A stretch of DNA of 64,000 nucleotides, from positions 608,001 through 672,000 of the forward strand of contig CAXXQS010000001.1 of NCBI GenBank assembly GCA_963674735.2, written 5' to 3'. The translations under genes and the position numbers were made by a program. The notes beneath the pieces were generated by a model. It was not told where the DNA came from and searched no databases. It saw only the letters and a list, made by a program, of their open reading frames with translations. Shown in pieces: positions 17,840 through 27,283 of the stretch. How positions within the stretch are numbered: position 1 is the stretch's first letter; each line of letters begins with the position of its first letter. The stretch comes from Myxococcota bacterium (GTDB taxonomy: Bacteria > Myxococcota_A > SURF-8).

Positions 17840-20218
17840 TCAGTCTTCGATGGGCGTGTCCCGCAGGGACAAGCGATGCAGGATCAATCCACCCACAAAA
17901 TAGATGATCGCCGCCAGATACAGCACGATGTTGAATCCGAACACCAGCGCCAGGATGATGCAGATCACCGAGGCCGCGACCGACGCGACGCCGTTGATGC
18001 CGAAGGCCCAGGGAACGAAGGACGCGGCGCCTCGTCGCACGTAGGACAAGCCGGTGGGGAAGGGCATCCCCATCAGGATACCCAGCGGAGCGAGCACCAG
18101 AACCGCCGCCAGGGTGCGTCCCCACAGCGGCAGACCCAACAAGGCGTTGAAGGTCGGGGTCAGGATGAAGCTATACAGGATGACCATCGCCGCGATAGCT
18201 TGGGTGGCCCTGAGAATCAAGCGGCGCGGATCCTTGACGATGCGTCCGGCGATAAACGAGCCGATACCGGAAAACGTCAGCAGCGTAAACAGCGTCACCG
18301 TAATCGAATAGGTGGGATGTCCGAGGAACAGCACGAACTTCTGCATCAACGACACCTCGACGAACATGAAGCCCATTCCCAACGCGGCGAAATAGGCGAT
18401 CATGTGCCGCGAACCCACCATGGAAAGCCCGCGTCGTTTGAATTTGTAAAGCGGGAACAGGATGAAGATCAGCCCGAAGAAAACCGCCTGTACCAGCGAA
18501 GCCAGCAGGATGATGTAGCCGATTGGGCGCGCCGCGACCAGATAACCGCCCTGATCGAAGTAGGTTTTGAAGGTGTCTTTCCATTTGTAAAATTCGAAAA
18601 AGAACGGCCGGTCGTCATACACCGGGTCGAGCTTGAACGGATATTGGGCGATGAACTCCTGCTCGCGGTTTTCCTTCATGGCCGCAAAGTAGCGGTAGAA
18701 CATGTTGTCGCCTGCCATGCCCGGTGCGTAGAGAATCTCCAGATCGGGCTTGTCGGAAAGCTGACGCTTCAAACGCTGAATGTCACGGCGCGTAAACGCC
18801 GACATCTTGGTTACCACCGAGGCCAGCGTGCCCTGACGCAACACCAGGAAGTGGTCCCACGGCGCGGCGAAGCTGTTTTCCTTCAGGATATCCGATTGGA
18901 TCGTCACCAGCCGCAGGCATTCGCGCGGCGGGCTGAAGATCCAGCGGATCATGCACAGGATGCCGTCTTTGTTCAGGTGCTCGTAATACTCCTGAAACGC
19001 CTCGCGCGTGTAGAGATAGTTCTCCGAAAGGACGTATGCGCCCGTCGCCAGCGCCGACCAGGTGTCGACGCCCGACATCTGGATGATGTCGTACTTCTCC
19101 TGCACGCGGCGCAGATACGAGCGCCCTTCCTCGTGCACGATCGTCACGGAGGGATCCTGGTAGGGCTGGTATTTGTAGTCTTGGAACGCGTAGTTGGCCG
19201 CGTCGATCATGGCCTGGTTGATCTCGACGCCCGTGATGTCCCGCGCTTCGTGATGCAATGCCGTCATGATGTCGGTACCGCCGCCCAGTCCGATCACGGC
19301 CACTTTCGGCTTTTCTTTGAAGAAATAAGCCGACGAATACAAGGTTTTGCCGATCAGGTCGACTTCCGGCCACGGTTTGTCGAAACGGTAGACGAAGGTG
19401 TAGGCATCGCCGTCGATGGTGAAGATCTTCTGCACTTCCGCGTCGTGATAGCGATAGATCTTGCCGAAAGACGGCGAACTCGATACGTCGATGCGGGCGA
19501 TCGGATCCCACTGCGACCGCTCGATTTTCAGATCCGGCACGTTGGCCATAAACTCGCCGAGCGCCTTCGAGGCCGCCGGGCGCACGGTCAAAATCGTGCT
19601 CGCCTGCGTCGACAGGACCAGCAGCACGACCGTCACCACCACCGCCAGTCCCACAAGCGACTTCTTCGGGAACAGCGGAATCGCCGCCGCCGACGCCAGC
19701 GCCGCCACGATCAGGATGGACCCCTCGCCACCGAAGGTTAAAAGTAACCACAGAAACAGCAGGCAGCCCAAAGCCGACCCGATCAGGTTCCAGAAGTATA
19801 GCCGGTGAACCACCTTGACGAAGCGCGTCAACAAAATCGTGATGGTCAGGCCCATGAAGAAATAGGGCACGATCAGAAACGCATAGTAGAGGAAGATGAA
19901 GCTCAGTTGAACCACACCCATTTCCATGTATGTATCCAGCGGAATGCGCGTCACCACCGCAAAGCCGATGACGGTCGTGATGCCGGACAGTAAGGCCGCC
20001 CACCCCGCGGTGTTCAACGCCTGGGTGTCGTCGCCCGCCCCCTTGATCGCCACATAAGCTCCCGCCGCCGAAAAACCGAGCAGCGTGATGGTAATCACCA
20101 TGTACGATAAATGGTGCCACAGCATCACCGAAAACACGCGAACTTGTAGAATCTCAAGCGCCAGCGTCGCCAATGAAATGAGAAAAATCCCGATGTAGGG
20201 TTTCAAATAGGACGGCAT
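17840..20218 (-). CDS. Fused MFS-like membrane protein / spermidine-synthase-like SAM-binding domain, paralog 1
   Basis: 7 TM + Rossmann domain (VIGLGGGTD, GVEIN, EGRSYL, DIIQ..VDT, LSENYLYT) + 7 TM; ATG 20218 with GGAGG RBS. Confidence 0.85.
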   Translation of the reverse strand: MPSYLKPYIGIFLISLATLALEILQVRVFSVMLWHHLSYMVITITLLGFSAAGAYVAIKGAGDDTQALNTAGWAALLSGITTVIGFAVVTRIPLDTYMEMGVVQLSFIFLYYAFLIVPYFFMGLTITILLTRFVKVVHRLYFWNLIGSALGCLLFLWLLLTFGGEGSILIVAALASAAAIPLFPKKSLVGLAVVVTVVLLVLSTQASTILTVRPAASKALGEFMANVPDLKIERSQWDPIARIDVSSSPSFGKIYRYHDAEVQKIFTIDGDAYTFVYRFDKPWPEVDLIGKTLYSSAYFFKEKPKVAVIGLGGGTDIMTALHHEARDITGVEINQAMIDAANYAFQDYKYQPYQDPSVTIVHEEGRSYLRRVQEKYDIIQMSGVDTWSALATGAYVLSENYLYTREAFQEYYEHLNKDGILCMIRWIFSPPRECLRLVTIQSDILKENSFAAPWDHFLVLRQGTLASVVTKMSAFTRRDIQRLKRQLSDKPDLEILYAPGMAGDNMFYRYFAAMKENREQEFIAQYPFKLDPVYDDRPFFFEFYKWKDTFKTYFDQGGYLVAARPIGYIILLASLVQAVFFGLIFILFPLYKFKRRGLSMVGSRHMIAYFAALGMGFMFVEVSLMQKFVLFLGHPTYSITVTLFTLLTFSGIGSFIAGRIVKDPRRLILRATQAIAAMVILYSFILTPTFNALLGLPLWGRTLAAVLVLAPLGILMGMPFPTGLSYVRRGAASFVPWAFGINGVASVAASVICIILALVFGFNIVLYLAAIIYFVGGLILHRLSLRDTPIED

Positions 20219-20416
20219 TGGACCTCCGAACGAAAGAAGAACAGATTCCGAAAATAACCGCAGAAACCTACCAGAAAGGCGACCGACGGTCAACGTTTTC
20301 CTGTGTTTTTCCCGATAACTATCGCGAGTTTAACCCGGGTCCGGAGCTCTGATCTGAAATCGTTCCTTGACAGCCCACCCAAGCTGGACTTACCCTCATT
20401 CGAGGAGGTGACGACC

Positions 20417-20698
20417 ATGGATGCTTGCACCTTTTGTGGCAACGTGATGGAAATCGTCGACAAAGTCTTGCGGAAGGACGAATGCCCGAACTGCGGACGC
20501 GACCTGCATTGCTGCATGCAGTGCCGTTTTTACAGACCTGGACACCACAACGACTGCTACGAGTCCCGCGCCGAACGGGTGGTGGTCAAGGATCGCGCCA
20601 ATTTCTGCGATTACTTCGAATTCGGGGCCGATGGCTGTTGCGGACAAGATCCGGCCGTTGAAGCCAAGGAGGCCCTGGAGAAGTTCTTCAAAATCTGA
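20417..20698 (+). CDS. Small Cys-rich putative metal-binding protein
   Basis: CxxC..CPNC..HCCxxC..C..ANFCDYF pattern; GAGGAGG RBS before ATG 20417; TTGACA-18-TACCCT upstream. Confidence 0.75.
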   Translation: MDACTFCGNVMEIVDKVLRKDECPNCGRDLHCCMQCRFYRPGHHNDCYESRAERVVVKDRANFCDYFEFGADGCCGQDPAVEAKEALEKFFKI

Positions 20699-20884
20699 CG
20701 CGTCACTTTGATCGAGCCTGCAGTCCGGGCCCGATCCCACCTGACCCGAAAACGCCAGCCCGGTCGTGCACCGGGTTCATCCATCCTGAAACAGGGAATC
20801 AAGTCCGTCTCTATCTCGTCTATTCGATAAGTCGATCCTGAACCGTGGCGGTTAAACACGCGACCGCCTCTAGGGAGGTTTTGC

Positions 20885-21073
20885 ATGAAAATTGAAATCG
20901 TCAATACGTTCGTTGAGTTTCGACCCGAAACGGAGTTGGAGGGACAGCAGTTGAATGAGGTCTGGAACCTCGTGCTCGATTGTGTCAGCAATAATCGCAA
21001 GCTGGTTCCGGTGGGTGAATACAGCCCCGGCAAAAGCGACGTCGCCCGTTTCAACATCGAAGACGATCGCTAG
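20885..21073 (+). CDS. Small hypothetical protein
   Basis: 62 aa, strong GGGAGG RBS, protein-like composition; stop faces the rlmN stop. Confidence 0.7.
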   Translation: MKIEIVNTFVEFRPETELEGQQLNEVWNLVLDCVSNNRKLVPVGEYSPGKSDVARFNIEDDR

Positions 21074-21086
21074 GCCGCCCGCATTC

Positions 21087-22124
21087 TCAGTCGCCCGCGC
21101 GTTTGCCCAGCATGCCGCAGGCCCCCGAAATATCCTGCCCGCGTGACTGGCGGATGAAGGTTTCCAGCCCGGCGTCGATCATGATTCGCTGAAACGCCAG
21201 CACGTTTTCCATGCTCGGAGCCTCGAAACCGCTGGCCGGATGGGCGTTGTACGGAATCAGGTTCACTTTGCATCCCACCCGCCGCGCGATTTTGCACAAA
21301 CGTCGTGCATCCTCCGCCGAACTGTTCACGCCCCCCAGCATCACATATTCCAGAAGCAGACGCTTACGCCGCGCTTTGGGGAAAACCTCCAGCGTCGCCA
21401 CCAGATCCGCCAGCGGGTAACGCCGATTCACCGGCATGATCTGCGAGCGCACCTCATCCGTTGTGGCGTTCAGCGACACCGCCAGCACCGCCTCCGAACG
21501 CGCGGCGAATTCCGTAATCTGCGGAATCAGCCCGCAGGTCGAGACGATCACCTTGCGCGCCGACAGGTTGTAAGAGTGTTCGTGCATGAAAATCGAGCAG
21601 GCCGTCACCACATTGTCCAAGTTGGCCAAGGGTTCGCCCATTCCCATCAGCACCACATTCGTGATGCGCGGGAAACGCCCGTCGATATAGCGGGTAACCG
21701 ACCGGAACTGCTCGACAATCTCGGCGCAGGTTAAATTGCGCTCCAGTTTCAGCGAGCCGGTGAAACAAAAGGCGCAACCCATCGCGCAGCCTGCCTGGGT
21801 CGACAAACACAGCGAGACTCGCCCGTCATTCGGCATCAACACCGCTTCCACCGCCGAGCCGTCCTCCAGCACGAACTGCAGCTTCTCGGCCCCATCCTTC
21901 GATTTCTCAATCTTGGCCGGTTCCAAAGGATCGATCCGACACCGCTCGACCAGTTTCGCGCGCAGCGGCTTGCTCAGGTTCGTCATATCTTCGAACCCGG
22001 TGACGTGATGGAGGTACAACCATTCGTAAATTTGCCGGGCCCGATAGGGCTTTTCGCCCAGTTCGTTGCACACGAAAGCCGTCAAATCATCGTAACTGAA
22101 GTTTCGTAAATCGACGCGATCCAT
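21087..22124 (-). CDS. rlmN: 23S rRNA (adenine2503-C2)-methyltransferase RlmN
   Basis: CLSTQAGCAMGCAFC, MGMGEP, KVNLIPYN, RGQDISGACGML; ATG 22124 with GGGAGG RBS. Confidence 0.95.
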   Translation of the reverse strand: MDRVDLRNFSYDDLTAFVCNELGEKPYRARQIYEWLYLHHVTGFEDMTNLSKPLRAKLVERCRIDPLEPAKIEKSKDGAEKLQFVLEDGSAVEAVLMPNDGRVSLCLSTQAGCAMGCAFCFTGSLKLERNLTCAEIVEQFRSVTRYIDGRFPRITNVVLMGMGEPLANLDNVVTACSIFMHEHSYNLSARKVIVSTCGLIPQITEFAARSEAVLAVSLNATTDEVRSQIMPVNRRYPLADLVATLEVFPKARRKRLLLEYVMLGGVNSSAEDARRLCKIARRVGCKVNLIPYNAHPASGFEAPSMENVLAFQRIMIDAGLETFIRQSRGQDISGACGMLGKRAGD

Positions 22125-22158
22125 TCCGGTCCTCCCGCGCATCCGGTGCGCGGCGCTG

Positions 22159-22186
22159 ATTATCCTCACCCCGACGCGGATGTCAA
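22159..22186 (-). promoter_or_regulatory. Putative sigma70 promoter for rlmN
   Basis: Minus strand TTGACA-16 bp-GATAAT. Confidence 0.55.
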
Positions 22187-22202
22187 GCGAACACCCCATC
22201 TC

Positions 22203-22509
22203 GCTTCGAAAAGCGGTCCGCCCAACCCCGAAATATCGAGGGTGGGAGGACCGGCGCGGGCTTTGCCTCCGGCGCGACCCTTGCCCACTCCCTACGGTGA
22301 CGCGTTGCCCGGCCCGGACCCACCGGGTGGTGTATCGGAAAAACGGCGAGTTTGGCGAAAATCCTCGAAATGAACGGGCCGGGATAGGCGACGCGGCGGC
22401 GCTTCAAAGCCTGGATTGCCAAGGGGCGTGACGGTGCAAAACGCGTGACGGTCCGTGGGCGGGACAGCACGAACGACACACGGCGGACCGCAGCACGCCT
22501 GCTTCGAAA
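22203..22509. other. Long nested imperfect inverted-repeat element (candidate structured RNA or MITE-like element)
   Basis: At least six colinear stems, a 10-bp outer inverted repeat and flanking GCTTCGAAA direct repeats (see findings). Confidence 0.45.
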
Positions 22510-24780
22510 TCAGCGCCGTTCCAATGGCGGCGCGCCGCCCGGGCCGAGGGGGTGAAGCTGTCCGTTGGACATGTAGCCCAGGTCGCGGAAATCGGGGATG
22601 GGACGGCCCAGGCCGTCGGGGATGCGCCGGAAAATGAGGGAATCGAGACCGATATCGAAGTGGTGGCTTTGCGGGTCTTTTCCCGCCACCGTAAAGGTGA
22701 GGCGGATGGGCCCGCGCGGTAGGTCGATCGCCTCGGCGCTGCTCCAGTTGCCGAATCCATAACCGGGCGAATAGCCGTAATACACCGAGTCGATCGGCTG
22801 GCCGTTCACGCTCAATTGCCAGTCGCCCATAAACGGCCCATGCATGGCACGAACCTCCACTCGGTACGCGCCCGCTTCGGGAAGGAAATGATCGAAGCGG
22901 AAGAAAGCGTTCGCCTCGTCGGCTTCAAAAAACAACTGTTGGGCGTCGCGATCATCCGGGAAAAAGCGGTCGATCCACATCAAGGAAGGGAATCCGCCCT
23001 GCCAAGCTTTGGGGGGAACTTTCGCTTCGGCTTCCACGAACTCCACGCCGGAAAAGGGCGGAACCTCCAACCGAATCAACCGATCGCGATAGGCTTCATA
23101 GCGATACGGCGTGCGGTCGGGATAAAGCCGGGCCAATTGCACGCTCGGGCGTTTCAGGTGGCGCGCGAAAAGTACGTCGGTGTCGAACCCCGCGTCATTG
23201 AAATTAAAGCCATGGATAAAACTGCGAGTCGGTCCCGGAATGAAAACGAGCGCGTTTGTAACCCCGGCATCTGCCAGAATGTCGCGCATGCGGCCGTCGA
23301 TTCCGCGAAAACCCTGATAACTCTGCCACAATTTCGGGCTCAACCAGCCCAGGTTGAAAACCACAATCGTCACCAGAAAGGCCGGAGCCAGCGCGCGCCA
23401 GAAAGCCCGGCTCGACGGCAAACGGTCGGCCACCCGTTCCAGCCACCCATCCAGCCGCCAAAATCCCAGAGCGGCAAAAACGCCCAGCGTTCCGACCGCC
23501 TCGTAATAAAAACGCGGCCCGTAACAGTTGCCGTGGTAATAGAAGAAAAAATAGCCGCCCAACAGGGCGCCGAAATGCAGCAGCAACGCCCAGGATTCCC
23601 GTCGAATTCGCCCGCCAGCCAGGGGTAGCGCGATCAGCAACAATGCCAACGGAGTCCCGTAAAAATTCAAGGCCAGACTGCTCAGTCGTTGACGCGTCAC
23701 CGTGAGTCCATCCGCCGCATAGAACCCCTTGGGAAAACCGTACTTTCCGTGTTCGTTGGCGCAGCCTACGTCCGCTCCGAAGCCCAAACGATGGCAGCTC
23801 GCGACTTTCTCGGTTTGGGCGAAATAACGGTCCTGCGGAAAGGTGAGCGCCGATCCGGTGACCTGCAGGTTGGCCAGCAGTTGCAAACCACCCACCATGA
23901 AAAGCGCGACCAGCGCCCAGGCCAGATGCGCGGCCTTGACCCGCCTGCGCAAGAGGTCGGGAAGCAGAATCGCCGAAAGTGGGATCAGCAGCAGCAGGGC
24001 GTTATAGGCGCGAATGCAAAACAGGCCACCTACCAAAATCGCGGTGACAAGCGCTCGCCAGACGCGTGGATCGCGGCGGTAACCCAGTGTAAGATCCAGC
24101 GCCCACAGGCTGATCAAGGCGCTGGCCGTATGGGCCATGAACGAGGCCGCCATAAACGTGAAAAAGGGCGACAGCAAAAGCAGCAATACGGCCAGACGCG
24201 CCACCCGCCGTCCCACGGCGCGGCGCGCAATCCGGTAAAGCGGCCACAATGTCAAACTGCCGAGCAGCGGATTCACCAGCCAGGGAACGCCCAGCCAGAC
24301 GCCCAGTGCCAGAATTGCGGGCCAGCCCGGTTGAAACAGCGAAATCAAGCGGTCGTTTTCTATGTAGAAAAAGTGCGATAGAAAAAATTCCGGCAGCGCG
24401 GGGACGGATTCCGTAAGACGTCCGGCGGCGATCAATTTGGCCTGGAAGAGGTAGGCGGTCGAATCGGTGACATGCGGCACACGTTCGAGCACGAACACGT
24501 TGGCTGCCGTCATCGTTGCCAGCGCGATCCCCATGGCCGCCACCAGAAAAACGCGGTCGGAGGGCAGTTCCAGCATCTTCAACGTGCGGTCGAAAAGCGG
24601 TCGGGCCGGCATCGCCGCCACAAGGAAGATCCCGAATAGAATTTGCGGGATCGGCGCAAAGGCTTGCAGAGCGGAGGCGGGATGCCCCACCAAGAGCAAT
24701 GCCACCGCGATGGCGGCCAGTATCCGCAATCCATGTGCCGCAATAGGCATAAGAGGTTTCCTAAACGTGGAGGCGATCAC
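22510..24780 (-). CDS. GT-C fold glycosyltransferase with C-terminal CBM-like domain, paralog 2
   Basis: PHVTDS..YLFQA, SLFQPGWPA, CHRLGFG..VGC, YGPRFYYE; colinear with 15691-17826. True start may be ATG 24750. Confidence 0.75.
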   Translation of the reverse strand: MIASTFRKPLMPIAAHGLRILAAIAVALLLVGHPASALQAFAPIPQILFGIFLVAAMPARPLFDRTLKMLELPSDRVFLVAAMGIALATMTAANVFVLERVPHVTDSTAYLFQAKLIAAGRLTESVPALPEFFLSHFFYIENDRLISLFQPGWPAILALGVWLGVPWLVNPLLGSLTLWPLYRIARRAVGRRVARLAVLLLLLSPFFTFMAASFMAHTASALISLWALDLTLGYRRDPRVWRALVTAILVGGLFCIRAYNALLLLIPLSAILLPDLLRRRVKAAHLAWALVALFMVGGLQLLANLQVTGSALTFPQDRYFAQTEKVASCHRLGFGADVGCANEHGKYGFPKGFYAADGLTVTRQRLSSLALNFYGTPLALLLIALPLAGGRIRRESWALLLHFGALLGGYFFFYYHGNCYGPRFYYEAVGTLGVFAALGFWRLDGWLERVADRLPSSRAFWRALAPAFLVTIVVFNLGWLSPKLWQSYQGFRGIDGRMRDILADAGVTNALVFIPGPTRSFIHGFNFNDAGFDTDVLFARHLKRPSVQLARLYPDRTPYRYEAYRDRLIRLEVPPFSGVEFVEAEAKVPPKAWQGGFPSLMWIDRFFPDDRDAQQLFFEADEANAFFRFDHFLPEAGAYRVEVRAMHGPFMGDWQLSVNGQPIDSVYYGYSPGYGFGNWSSAEAIDLPRGPIRLTFTVAGKDPQSHHFDIGLDSLIFRRIPDGLGRPIPDFRDLGYMSNGQLHPLGPGGAPPLERR

Positions 24781-24799
24781 AGCTCCCGTTTGTCTGCAT

Positions 24800-27283
24800 T
24801 CAGGCGTCCTGTATATTCCGCTTCAAGACCGCTAGCGCCACGAAATAACCCAGTGCGCCCACCAGGCAGGTGGCGGTGATGCCGAAGCCGATGGAAATGA
24901 TCATGGCCAAAACCGAGCCGGTAACCGACAGCGCCCCGTTGATGGCCCACAGCCAGGGCGTCGCGCGTTTAAGTTGTCGACCGGCGCAATGCAGGCCGAT
25001 GGGAAACGCCGCTCCCATGGGAACACCCAGCAGAAACATCAGCCCGATGGACAGAAAGATGCGCGGAGTCAAGGGACTGCCGTGCAAGGCGGATAGCAGC
25101 GCTGGAAGTCCCAGAGCCGCCGCCAGGGTCACCACGAAGGCCAGAACGATCATCCACCAGCCGTGCTTCAGCGCACCCTCTCGTTCGAGGAACCAGCGGC
25201 CGGTCAGCCACGACCCCAGCCCGGTGGCCAGCAGAATCGAGAAAAGAACCACCGCCAGCGAATAAACCGGATGACCCAGAAACAGCGTCAGGCGTTGGAT
25301 GGTGCCGATTTCAACGAGGATGAAGCTTAGCCCGATCGCGGAGAAATACAAGGCGTGTCTGAAGAGCATGCCGCGCGGCAAGGGTTCGCGTTTTTGACCG
25401 CGTTCATGCAACCACAGCGGGACGAACAGGCCAAGCGCCGAGAGCAGGGTCATTAGTACGAACAGCAGCACCAAAACCGCTACGGCGCGGACGTTGAAGC
25501 TTGTCACCCATTGATCCTGAAGCTTGAGACTGAACACGTCGGAAAAACGCAACATGTTGAAAAAGAAAGGAGAATCGTCGGTAGGCGGCGAGATGTCGAG
25601 ATCGAAATCGGCGATCGCTTGGGTATGGGTGGCCGGGTCGAGCACGTCGGCGAAAGCGGCCAGACCGGCATGCCGTGGTGTCAGCAGAACCTGGAACTTG
25701 TAGCGCTTGCAGATTTCCTCAAAGGTATCGATATCCGCTTTCGTTAAGGGACGGCGCGAGACGATGATGGTGCCGACGCCGTTGGGCGCGCCGCCTTCAC
25801 GGGTGCCGCCCACATCTTCGGGCGGGACCATGTCGGCGTCGTAATCGGTGGTGGCGATCAATACGTGATCGCGCGGATTCTCGGCCCCGATATTGCGCAG
25901 CGCCGCATAGGCGAGCGAGGTGCAGCGGATCATTTCGCCCGGCCGATCCGACATCCACCAGCGCGACATGGTCAGGACGCCGCGATCCTCCGTGAGATGA
26001 TTGAGAAATTCCGTCCACCCCTCTTCGGTGTACAGGCTGTTTTCGGTGAGCACGAAGGCTCCGGCGCTGGTGGCCGCCCAGCTATCGATCAGGGAGGCCT
26101 GAATCACATCGAAACGCTCGTCGCTGCGCTCGATCCATGAGCGCGCCTCGTCGTTAATGAAGCGGACCTTTTTGTGTTGGTCCAGGTGCCCGGTAAAGGA
26201 ACCCAGGGTGTCGTTGATCAGTTTGAGAATGTCGCGGTTAATCTCCACTCCCGTGACGCGCTTGGGATTGGCCAGCAGAGACATCAGGATGTCGCGGCCG
26301 CCGCCGGTGCCGATCACCAGCACGTCGCTTTCGGGACGCAAATGATGCGCCAACGCTGTTACATCGTAACGAAGATGCCTGATTTCACTTTCTTTTCCCG
26401 TGTATTTGGTGATGACGGTGCCCGCCGCGGCGTCGATGGTCAAGAAAACCTGCTGCGGCTCGACCTGCGGTTTGTAAACGGTCGACATGCCCCAGGCAAA
26501 CGGACCTTTCAGCAGATCATGGAACACGGTAATGACCGAGTGGCTGTTCCACACCTCCACCATCGGCGCTTCTTCGAGCGGTTCGGCCATGGGACTGCCG
26601 TAGACGTTTTTCACCCACTTGATGCGCAGCAGACGGAAGTGCGGTTGCAGAAGCGTCATGATCAGCAGCAGGCCCGCCAAACCCCAGACCAATTTTCGCC
26701 AAGGCCCTCGGGCTCTTCCCCAAGTGAAGGCGGCACCGCCCGTCGCGGCCAAAAAGGCCCCGAACAGCACCATGCCCGGCCCGGTCAGCGGCCGCATCAG
26801 CACCCATAAAAGCAGGCAGCCGATGGCCGCGCCGATGAGATCGACGGCGTATAAACGTCCGACTTGACCGGGAAAGCGCGTCAGAACCAGGCTGACCAGA
26901 ATACCCGAAAGCACAAACGGGATGGTGATCAGCGCAAACGCGCTCAAGACGGTCGTCAGGCCCAGGAAAGTCAGGGTCGGGATGAAAGGAATCTGCAAAT
27001 GCACCCAGAACGTCACCACGACGGACAGGGCGAACAGAAAACCCAGACGGCCCAAGATATCGTGAATGCGTTCCTGGGGAAACCACTTCGGGCGTACGTA
27101 GGTGATGACCGCGCCGAAGGACATGCCGAACATCGCTACCGAAATGGCCATGAAGGCGAAGTGATACCACATCGTAACCGAAAAGATGCGGGTATAGGTG
27201 ATTTCGAGCAGCAGGGTGGCGCAGGTCGTGAGGGCCAGACCGATGCTCAAACTACGGGAAGGGACTGTCGGGTTGTTCATCAT
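24800..27283 (-). CDS. Fused MFS-like membrane protein / spermidine-synthase-like SAM-binding domain, paralog 2
   Basis: LEI..TRIFSV, LVIGTGGGRD, GVEIN, DEARSW, DVIQ..IDS, LTENSLYT, LGHPVYS, PWLWAING; colinear with 17840-20218. Confidence 0.85.
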   Translation of the reverse strand: MMNNPTVPSRSLSIGLALTTCATLLLEITYTRIFSVTMWYHFAFMAISVAMFGMSFGAVITYVRPKWFPQERIHDILGRLGFLFALSVVVTFWVHLQIPFIPTLTFLGLTTVLSAFALITIPFVLSGILVSLVLTRFPGQVGRLYAVDLIGAAIGCLLLWVLMRPLTGPGMVLFGAFLAATGGAAFTWGRARGPWRKLVWGLAGLLLIMTLLQPHFRLLRIKWVKNVYGSPMAEPLEEAPMVEVWNSHSVITVFHDLLKGPFAWGMSTVYKPQVEPQQVFLTIDAAAGTVITKYTGKESEIRHLRYDVTALAHHLRPESDVLVIGTGGGRDILMSLLANPKRVTGVEINRDILKLINDTLGSFTGHLDQHKKVRFINDEARSWIERSDERFDVIQASLIDSWAATSAGAFVLTENSLYTEEGWTEFLNHLTEDRGVLTMSRWWMSDRPGEMIRCTSLAYAALRNIGAENPRDHVLIATTDYDADMVPPEDVGGTREGGAPNGVGTIIVSRRPLTKADIDTFEEICKRYKFQVLLTPRHAGLAAFADVLDPATHTQAIADFDLDISPPTDDSPFFFNMLRFSDVFSLKLQDQWVTSFNVRAVAVLVLLFVLMTLLSALGLFVPLWLHERGQKREPLPRGMLFRHALYFSAIGLSFILVEIGTIQRLTLFLGHPVYSLAVVLFSILLATGLGSWLTGRWFLEREGALKHGWWMIVLAFVVTLAAALGLPALLSALHGSPLTPRIFLSIGLMFLLGVPMGAAFPIGLHCAGRQLKRATPWLWAINGALSVTGSVLAMIISIGFGITATCLVGALGYFVALAVLKRNIQDA

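Noticed and set aside
17777-19741. 654-aa ORF antisense to the MFS-SAM fusion, and similar long antisense ORFs at 7614-9086, 27657-28949, 29801-31117, 34776-36284 and 54032-55399
   Set aside because: They lie opposite well-supported genes, have no motifs, and show the composition expected from codon bias.
22248-22454. Calling the long hairpin 6S RNA
   Set aside because: The shape is compatible, but I could not identify conserved 6S sequence elements or the usual zapA-linked context; kept only as an unnamed candidate.
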